Below, one piece after another: positions 57,220 to 64,000 of a stretch of 64,000 nucleotides of DNA. Each line of letters opens with the position of its first letter. Position 1 is the first letter of the stretch. Source of the stretch: Myxococcota bacterium (GTDB lineage Bacteria > Myxococcota_A > UBA9042 > PHBI01 > JAWLBL01); contig JAWLBL010000001.1 of NCBI GenBank assembly GCA_041687695.1, positions 49,610 to 113,609 on the forward strand, written 5' to 3'. The position numbers and the translations under genes are program-made. The notes beneath the pieces are model-generated. The model saw nothing but the letters and a program-made list of their open reading frames with translations, made no database searches and was not told the origin of the DNA.

Positions 57220-59589
57220 ATGACAGCGCGTTGGATGGTCCTGGCCCTGATGCTCTGGCCCGGGCTCGCGTGGGCCGAGGCGCCGGCGAACCCCCAGGCG
57301 CCCCCGGCCGTCGCCGGCGAGGGCGATCCGGCCGTCGTGAAGCAACCCCGCGCGACCGCGCGCCTGGTCACCGATCGCGCGACCATCACCCCCGGCGAGG
57401 CCATCGCCGTCGGCGTCGCCTTCGATCTCGAGCCGGGCTGGCACATCTACTGGAAGGACCCGGGGGACACCGGGCAGCCGACCGAGATCACCTTCGGCGC
57501 CCCCGACGGCTTCGACTTCGGCGAGATCCAGTGGCCGGCGCCACACATCTTCACCTCGCCCGCCGGGACCGACTACGGCTACGAGGGCAAGGTCCTGCTC
57601 TTCACCGAGGTGGGCGTCCCCGAGGGCCTCACGGAGGGCGAGACCGTCTCCCTGACCGCCGACACCGAGTGGCTGGTCTGCAAGGAGACCTGCATCCCCG
57701 GCAAGGCGCGCCTGCGCCTCGATCGCCGCGTCCAAACGACGGCCCACGGGGCCAACGCGCCCACCACGCCCGACGCGCCGGCCTTCCGCGCCGCCCGCGC
57801 CGACCTGCCGGTCGCCGTCCCCGAGTGGCTCGAGGTCCAGCAGATCGTCTCGCGCTCGGCCGTGCGCCCGGGCGAGCCCTTCGAAGTGGTCCTGGCCCTG
57901 CGCGCCACCGACGGCGCCGCCCTGTCGGACCTCAGCGTGGCCCTGGCGGCCGCGCCCGGCCTGCGCGTCGTCCGCACCTCGCTCGGCGAGGCCGCCCCCA
58001 AGAGCCTGGCCGGCGCCGAGCTCGTCCGCATCCAGGCCCGCAGCGGCAGCGAGGCGGGCAAGACCGGCGACGCCTTCGACGCCGTGCTGGGCGTGACCCG
58101 CGACGGCCAGCCGCACCGCGTCGCCCTGCGCGTCCCCGTGCCGCGCGCCCCGGCCGGCGCCCAGACCCTGCCGACCGAGAGCCCCCTGTTCGCCGCGGCC
58201 CCGGCGCCGCTGGCCAAGCCGGCGCCGCCCCCCGAGCCCACCCCGGCCGTCGCGACCCCGCCGGCGCCCTCCCCGGCCGAGCCCTCGTTCGCGCTGATGC
58301 TGCTCTTCGCCTTCATCGGCGGCCTCATCCTGAACGTGATGCCCTGCGTGCTGCCCGTCCTGTCCATCAAGGTGCTGGGCCTGGTCCAGCAGGCCGGCGA
58401 CGACCGCCGCACCATGATGAACCACGGCCTCGCCTACACCGCGGGCATCCTGCTGTCCTTCGGCGCCCTCGCCGCCGCCATCGTCGCCCTGCAGGCCGCC
58501 GGGCGCTTCTCCGGCTGGGGCTTCCAGTTCCAGTCGCCCGCCTTCGTCGCGGCCCTGGGCGCCGTCGTCTTCGCCTTCGGCCTCAGCCTCTTCGGCGTCT
58601 TCGAGCTGTCGATGCCCGGCTCGAGCAAGCTCAGCCAGATCGCCGGCCGCCGCCACGGCCTGTCCAGCTCGCTCCTGAACGGCGTCTTCGCGACCGTCCT
58701 GGCCACGCCCTGCACGGCGCCCTTCCTCAGCCCCGCCCTCGCCTTCGCCCTCAGCCAGCCGCCGGTGACCCTGGTCACGATGCTGCTGACGGTCGGCTTC
58801 GGCCTGGCCTTCCCGTTCCTGCTGTTGGCCGTCTTCCCGTCCTGGAGCCGTTGGCTGCCCAAGCCCGGCCCCTGGATGGAGACCTTCAAGAAGGCCATGG
58901 GCTTCCTGCTCGTCGCGACGACCCTGTGGCTCGTCAACATCCTCGCCCGCCAGGTCTCGGTCGACGCGCTCATCGGCTACCTCGTCTTCCTGACGGCCGT
59001 CTCCCTCGCCTGCTGGATCTACGGCCACTGGGGCAGCCCCATCCGCGCCGCCGGCACCCGCTGGTCGGCCTCGCTGGTCGCGGCGGCAGTCATCGGCGCC
59101 AGCGCCGCCACCTTCCTCAGCACCGAGCGCCCCCGCCCCGCCGTCGCCGGCCCGGCCGAGCCCACCGCCCTCGCCAGCGCCGCCGGCGTCGCCTGGCCCG
59201 ACCCCGACGAGATCCCGTGGCGCGACTTCTTCGCCGTCGACGTCGAGGCCGCGGCCACCGGCGGCCAGACCGTCTTCATCGACTTCACCGCCGAGTGGTG
59301 CGTGACCTGCAAGGCCAACGAGAAGACGGTGATTGACACCGATCCGGTGCGGGCCGTACTGAGGGACCTCGGCGTCGTCCCCGTCAAGGCGGACTGGACC
59401 AGCGAGGACGACCGCATCACCGCGTGGCTCCAGCGCTTCAAGCGCCCCGGGGTCCCCATGTACGTCATCCTCCCGGCCGGCCGGCCCCAGGACCCGATCC
59501 TGCTGCCGGAGCTGCTGACCGAGTCCTCCCTGGTCGAGGGTCTCCGCAAGGCCGGTCCGTCCCAACCGCCGAGCTCCGCGAGCCTGTGA
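57220..59589 (+). CDS. dsbD: DsbD-family thiol:disulfide interchange protein
   Basis: Signal peptide; GWHIYW...CKETC domain; TM MPCVLP and ATPCTAP; C-terminal DFTAEWCVTC. Confidence 0.9.
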   Translation: MTARWMVLALMLWPGLAWAEAPANPQAPPAVAGEGDPAVVKQPRATARLVTDRATITPGEAIAVGVAFDLEPGWHIYWKDPGDTGQPTEITFGAPDGFDFGEIQWPAPHIFTSPAGTDYGYEGKVLLFTEVGVPEGLTEGETVSLTADTEWLVCKETCIPGKARLRLDRRVQTTAHGANAPTTPDAPAFRAARADLPVAVPEWLEVQQIVSRSAVRPGEPFEVVLALRATDGAALSDLSVALAAAPGLRVVRTSLGEAAPKSLAGAELVRIQARSGSEAGKTGDAFDAVLGVTRDGQPHRVALRVPVPRAPAGAQTLPTESPLFAAAPAPLAKPAPPPEPTPAVATPPAPSPAEPSFALMLLFAFIGGLILNVMPCVLPVLSIKVLGLVQQAGDDRRTMMNHGLAYTAGILLSFGALAAAIVALQAAGRFSGWGFQFQSPAFVAALGAVVFAFGLSLFGVFELSMPGSSKLSQIAGRRHGLSSSLLNGVFATVLATPCTAPFLSPALAFALSQPPVTLVTMLLTVGFGLAFPFLLLAVFPSWSRWLPKPGPWMETFKKAMGFLLVATTLWLVNILARQVSVDALIGYLVFLTAVSLACWIYGHWGSPIRAAGTRWSASLVAAAVIGASAATFLSTERPRPAVAGPAEPTALASAAGVAWPDPDEIPWRDFFAVDVEAAATGGQTVFIDFTAEWCVTCKANEKTVIDTDPVRAVLRDLGVVPVKADWTSEDDRITAWLQRFKRPGVPMYVILPAGRPQDPILLPELLTESSLVEGLRKAGPSQPPSSASL

Positions 59590-61016
59590 CCGGACACGCC
59601 TCCGCCGCCCCCCACGCCCCCGTCTCCCTGTCCCGCAGCCCCGCAATGGCCGTCGCCATGCTGGGGCTGCCGCTGGTCGGGGCCACCTTCTTTCAGGGCG
59701 CCTTCAACCTGACCGAGGTCTGGATCTTCGGGCAGCTGGCGGACAAGGGCAAAGCGGTCGCAGGGACCTCGGTCAGCGATCTGGTGACCAGCCTCTTCGT
59801 CTTTTTGGCGAGCGGCATGGGCAACGCCGCCGTCGCCCAGATCTCGAACGCCCACGGCGCCGGCGACCACGCCCGCGAGCGCGTCCACGTGCGCCAGGCC
59901 CTGGTCGGCGCCGCCCTGCTGTCGCTGCTGGCCGCCCTCATCGGCCTCGCCGCCGGCCCCATCGGCCACGCCCTGTTCGCCGGCGACACCAGCCGCGAGG
60001 TCGGCACCGCGTTCCTGCGCGTCATGGGCATCGGCTGCTTCGGCACCATCTTCGTCGTCCTGGCGACCGCCATCCTGCGCGCCCGCGGCGACTCGGTGCG
60101 CCCGCTGGTCGTCGTCGCCCTGATGTCAGTGGCGACGCTCGGCCTCGAGGCCGTCCTGGTCCTGGGCCTGTTCGACTTCCCGCGCTACGGCGCCATCGCC
60201 GCCGCCTGGGTCACGGTCGTGGTCCGCGGCCTGTGCGCCGTCTGGGCCGTGTGGCTCATCGCCCGCCAGGTCTCGCTCAAGCCGGGCCCCGGAGAGCGCT
60301 TCATAGACCGCGCCGCGCTGCGCCTGCAGTTCCGCACCGGCCTCGAGTCGGCGCTGCAGATGAGCATCCGCGTCGTCGCCATCCTGGTCATCATCCGCCT
60401 CGCCGCCAGCCGCCTTTCGCCCCTCGACGACGGCGCCGCCTTCACCGCCCTCAACCTGTCCATCAAGGTCGATCTCCCGGCCCTGCTCATCGCCTACGCC
60501 TGGGGCGGCGGCGTCGGCCCCATCGTCGGCATGGCCCTGGGCGCCCAGCGCCCGCCCTACGCCCGCAGCGCCGCCTGGGCCGGCGTCGGCTTCGGCGCCC
60601 TGTCGGCCCTCGTACCCACCGCCATCGTCCTGCTGTGGACCACCCCGGTCACCGCGGTCTTCCTGCCCGACGCGCCCGAGGTGGTCGCCGTCGCCGTCGA
60701 CGGCCTGCACCTCATCGCCCCCATCTACGCCTTCGTCTCGGTCGGCATCATCATCGCCCTCGCCTACAACGGCACCGGCGACATGCGCACGCCCCTGGTC
60801 TGGGACATCGCCATCCAGCTCGTCATCCAGGGCGCCCTGGCCTGGTACCTGGGCGCGCCGGAGGTGATGGGCGCCCAGGGCCTGTTCCTCGCGCTGGCCA
60901 TCAGCGGCCTGCTCCAGGGCCTGATCCCGGTCGCCCTGCTGGCCCGCGCCCGCTGGGGCGCCGCGACCGCCCCGGTGGCCCCGCCGCTCGTCCAGCCCAG
61001 CCAGACCGGAGGCTGA
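59586..61016 (+). CDS. MATE-family transporter
   Basis: GTG overlaps the dsbD stop; about 12 TM; LRARGDSVRPL and YNGTGDMRTPL repeats. Confidence 0.85.
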   Translation: MTGHASAAPHAPVSLSRSPAMAVAMLGLPLVGATFFQGAFNLTEVWIFGQLADKGKAVAGTSVSDLVTSLFVFLASGMGNAAVAQISNAHGAGDHARERVHVRQALVGAALLSLLAALIGLAAGPIGHALFAGDTSREVGTAFLRVMGIGCFGTIFVVLATAILRARGDSVRPLVVVALMSVATLGLEAVLVLGLFDFPRYGAIAAAWVTVVVRGLCAVWAVWLIARQVSLKPGPGERFIDRAALRLQFRTGLESALQMSIRVVAILVIIRLAASRLSPLDDGAAFTALNLSIKVDLPALLIAYAWGGGVGPIVGMALGAQRPPYARSAAWAGVGFGALSALVPTAIVLLWTTPVTAVFLPDAPEVVAVAVDGLHLIAPIYAFVSVGIIIALAYNGTGDMRTPLVWDIAIQLVIQGALAWYLGAPEVMGAQGLFLALAISGLLQGLIPVALLARARWGAATAPVAPPLVQPSQTGG

Positions 61017-61019
61017 CCC

Positions 61020-62015
61020 ATGCTCGCCGCCGTCATCACCCGCAAGGGGGGCCCCGAGGTCCTCGAGCTGCGCCAGGTCCCCGACCCGACCCCCGGCCCC
61101 TGGGAGGTCCTGGTCCGCGTCGAGGCCTCGGCCCTCAACCGCGCCGATCTGCTGCAGCGCCGCGGCCTGTACCCGGCCCCGCACGGCGTCCCCAGCGACA
61201 TCCCCGGCCTCGAGCTGGCCGGCACCGTGGTCGCCCGCGGCCGCCAGGTCACGCGCCTGACCGAGGGCGACCGGGTCATGGCCATCGTGGGCGGCGGCGC
61301 CTGCGCCGAGCTGGCCGTGGTCCACGAGCGCGAGGCCATCCGCGTGCCCGACGGCCTGCCCGCGACCCACGCCGCGGCCGTCCCCGAGGCCTTCGTCACC
61401 GCCTTCGACGCCGCCGTCCTGCAGGGCGGCCTGTCCAGCGGCCAGTGGCTGGTCGTCAACGCCGTCGGCAGCGGCGTCGGCACGGCGGCCCTGCAGATCG
61501 CCCACGCCATCGGCGCCCGCACGGTCGGCTCCAGCCGCACCGCCGACAAGCTCGAGCGCGCCCGCCAGCTGGGCCTCGACGTCGCCGTCCACGGCGAGAG
61601 CGCCGATCTCACCCAGGCGACCCTCGACGCCACCTCGGGTCGCGGCGCCGCGGTGGCCGTCGATCTGGTCGGCGGCGCCGGGGTCAACGCCCTCCTCGGC
61701 GCCCTGCGCCCCAAGGGCACGGCCGTCCTGGTGGGCCTGATGGCCGGCGCCAGGGCCGAGCTGAACCTGGGCCTCGTGCTCCAGCGCCGCCTGACCTTGA
61801 AGGGGACGGTCCTGCGCAGCCGGCCGGTCGAGGAGAAGATCGCCGTCGCCCGCGCCTTCGAGGACCGCGTCGTCCCGCTGATGGCCGGCCCGTCGCCGCG
61901 CATCCGGCCGGTGGTCGACCGGGTCCTGCCGCTCGCCGCCATCGCCGACGCCCACGCGGCCATGGAGGCCAACGCCAACTTCGGCAAGATCGTGCTCGAC
62001 CACCGCGGGGGCTGA
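61020..62015 (+). CDS. NAD(P)H:quinone oxidoreductase (zeta-crystallin/PIG3 type)
   Basis: NRADLLQRRG, PGLE, SGVGTAA, GTVLRSR, GKIVL. Confidence 0.92.
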   Translation: MLAAVITRKGGPEVLELRQVPDPTPGPWEVLVRVEASALNRADLLQRRGLYPAPHGVPSDIPGLELAGTVVARGRQVTRLTEGDRVMAIVGGGACAELAVVHEREAIRVPDGLPATHAAAVPEAFVTAFDAAVLQGGLSSGQWLVVNAVGSGVGTAALQIAHAIGARTVGSSRTADKLERARQLGLDVAVHGESADLTQATLDATSGRGAAVAVDLVGGAGVNALLGALRPKGTAVLVGLMAGARAELNLGLVLQRRLTLKGTVLRSRPVEEKIAVARAFEDRVVPLMAGPSPRIRPVVDRVLPLAAIADAHAAMEANANFGKIVLDHRGG

Positions 62016-62021
62016 TCTTCC

Positions 62022-63890
62022 GTGCGCGCGCGCCTCCTCCTCGCCCTGAGCCTGGCCCTCGCCTCGGTCGCGCCGACGGCGCTCGCCCAGACGCCGCCGG
62101 CCGCCACAGCGCCCGCCCCCGTCGTCGCCCGCCCGCTCGACCCCATCGCCCCCAGCGACCGCGCGCGCCTCGCCTGGCTCGCCTCCAGCCTCACCGATCA
62201 CGGGCTGCCGCCGCTGACCGCGCCGCCCCCGGCCGCCGACGACGACGCCTGGCTGCGCCTAGCACGGCGGCTGGTGCAGACCTTCGCGCCACCCGCCCAG
62301 CGCTCGACCTCGGCGGTCGATCAGGTCCTGGCCCGGCGCCCGCTCGCCCCGGCCATCGAGGCGCTGGTCCCGACCCACGCCCGCTACCGCGATCTGCAGG
62401 CCCAGCTGCGCACCCTCCGGCGCATCGTCCGCGAGGGCCAGCCCAGGCTGCCGCCGACCCCCTACAAGGTCCGCGTCGGCTCGACCGCGCCCGAGGTGGC
62501 CACCCTGCGCGCCCGCCTGGCGCTCGAGGGCTACGGCGCCAACCATGTCACCGGCCGCCGCGCCCAGTACTTCGACGACCGCCTCAAGCAGGACCTGTGG
62601 AGCTGGCAGCGCGCCAACGGCCTGCCGGTGACGGTCGTGCTCGACGACCTGACGCGCCAGCGCCTCAACGCGCCGCTCGACCAGGCGCTGGCCCGCGTGG
62701 CCCTGGCCCTGGGGCGCTGGCGTCAGATCAGCCTGCGCTCCGAGCTGGGCCGCCACGTCGTGGTGCACCTCAACCGATACCGCCTGTGGGCCGAGCGCGA
62801 CGGCCTGCCCGAGCTCGAGATGCCGGTGGTCGTCGGCAAGGCCACCGACGCCGACGCGACCCCTACCCTGTCCAGCCAGCTGACCCGCGTCGTGCTCAAC
62901 CCGTCGTGGACCGTGCCGCGGCGGCTGGTCGACGCCAAGCTGCGCCCCTCGGTCGCCGACGAGCCCGACGTGCTCCGCGCCAAGGGCTACAAGGTCGACG
63001 TCAAGCCGGACGGCCGCTGGCGGGTGTCCCAACCGGCGGGGCCGGACAACCCACTGGGCCGCATCAAGTTCCCGCTGGCCCGCACCGGCGGGGTCTACCT
63101 GCACGACACGCCGGCCAAGGCGGACCTCGGCAAGCGCGACCGGGCCCTGTCCAGCGGCTGCGTGCGGGTCGGCGACGCGGCCGCGCTGGCCCGCTGGCTG
63201 CTGCCGCCCGAGGCGCGACCGCAGTTCGATCTGCAGCTGGCCGACACGACCACCCGCAGCCTGCCGCTCGACGCGCCGGTCGACGTCCACCTGATCTACC
63301 AGACCCTGACCGTGCAGGACGGGCGCCTGACGGCCCACCCCGACGTCTACGGCCTGGACGCGGCCGCCCTGGCGGCCATCGACCCCAGCAAGCTGCTGGC
63401 CGAGCCCCCCGACGCGCCGGCCGCCCAGGTCGCGCCGGCCGCCTACCAGCTGGGCGTGACGGTGACGCCGCTCGAGGGCGCGCCGTTTTCGCTCGAGCGC
63501 TACCGAGGCCGCATGCTGGTCGTCACCTTCACCGCCGCCTGGTGCAGCGTGTGCCGCCAGCTGGCGCCCGAGCTGGCCGGCCTGGTCCAGGCGCTCCGCG
63601 ACCGGGGCGAGGACGTCGCCCTCCTCGGCCTCGCCTTGGACGAGGGCGGCCTCGACGCGGCGCGGGCGGCCCACGCCGCGCACCCGCCGCCCTTCCCCCT
63701 CGCCCTGCCGCCGCCCGAGGTCGCCCAGGGCGCCTCGGCCCTGGGTCTCGTCGACAAGCTGCCGACCACCTGGATCATCGGCCGCACCGGCGTCCCGCTC
63801 TACCGCTACGAGGGCGGCGGCGTCACCCCCCAGATGGCGCGCGATCTGGCGCGCTACCTCGGCGTCGAGAAGAGGTTCGAGGCGCCCTGA
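62022..63890 (+). CDS. L,D-transpeptidase (YcbB/LdtD-like) fused to a TlpA-like thioredoxin domain
   Basis: Signal peptide, PG-binding-like segment, MPVVVGK, NPSWTVP, NPLGRIKF, YLHDTP, SSGCVRV; then FSLERYRGR...FTAAWCSVC...LPTTWIIGR. Confidence 0.88.
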   Translation: MRARLLLALSLALASVAPTALAQTPPAATAPAPVVARPLDPIAPSDRARLAWLASSLTDHGLPPLTAPPPAADDDAWLRLARRLVQTFAPPAQRSTSAVDQVLARRPLAPAIEALVPTHARYRDLQAQLRTLRRIVREGQPRLPPTPYKVRVGSTAPEVATLRARLALEGYGANHVTGRRAQYFDDRLKQDLWSWQRANGLPVTVVLDDLTRQRLNAPLDQALARVALALGRWRQISLRSELGRHVVVHLNRYRLWAERDGLPELEMPVVVGKATDADATPTLSSQLTRVVLNPSWTVPRRLVDAKLRPSVADEPDVLRAKGYKVDVKPDGRWRVSQPAGPDNPLGRIKFPLARTGGVYLHDTPAKADLGKRDRALSSGCVRVGDAAALARWLLPPEARPQFDLQLADTTTRSLPLDAPVDVHLIYQTLTVQDGRLTAHPDVYGLDAAALAAIDPSKLLAEPPDAPAAQVAPAAYQLGVTVTPLEGAPFSLERYRGRMLVVTFTAAWCSVCRQLAPELAGLVQALRDRGEDVALLGLALDEGGLDAARAAHAAHPPPFPLALPPPEVAQGASALGLVDKLPTTWIIGRTGVPLYRYEGGGVTPQMARDLARYLGVEKRFEAP

Positions 63891-64000
63891 CCTTCGTCGG
63901 CGCCTCGCGGCCGCCTGGGACCGCCGGCTTCCAGAGGGTGTCGCAGAAGGCCAACCGGAGCGCTCCACCTTGGTGGAGCCCCCATCCGGCGCAGCTTGCT

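Noticed and set aside
63941..64000. CAGAGGGTGTCGCAGAAG plus hairpin GCTCCACC/GGTGGAGC, resembling the start of another IS/MITE
   Set aside because: Only loose similarity to the 49686 TIR, and the partner end would lie outside the window.

Overview
Very GC-rich bacterial chromosomal DNA with dense coding. Gene content (Cys-rich lipoproteins, DUF4388-like, TPR and vWA proteins) suggests Myxococcota or a related deltaproteobacterial lineage; this is inference. Main blocks in order: (1) lipoproteins and an 87-bp tandem duplication; (2) a minus-strand cytochrome c maturation cluster with CxxxY-type CcmE, CcmF fused to degenerate CcmH-like domains, and ccmI-like/A/B/C/D; (3) a PhaF-like gene and an slt-TPR-DUF4388-phoH-ybeY run; (4) a PfkB protein lacking its catalytic motif, followed by a candidate three-hairpin small RNA with its own promoter and terminator; (5) housekeeping genes, tcdA and an orphan HxsB-type radical SAM gene; (6) a Cys-rich vWA lipoprotein and a ~1,900-aa Cys-repeat lipoprotein; (7) a compact cluster of a GT-C-like membrane protein, a 2OG-Fe(II) oxygenase, two paralogous B12-dependent radical SAM enzymes and a flippase-like protein; (8) a 218-bp MITE with TIRs, a 10-bp TSD and four mirror-symmetric hairpins; (9) TPR-MoxR-vWA genes; (10) a thiol-redox block ending in TrxC, DsbD and an L,D-transpeptidase fused to a TlpA-like thioredoxin. 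The best candidates for undescribed systems are the TrxC-DsbD-[LDT-TlpA] relay, the oxygenase/twin B12-rSAM cluster, the sRNA and the MITE. All calls come from motifs read by eye; no database searches were run, and many starts were moved from the ORF track.
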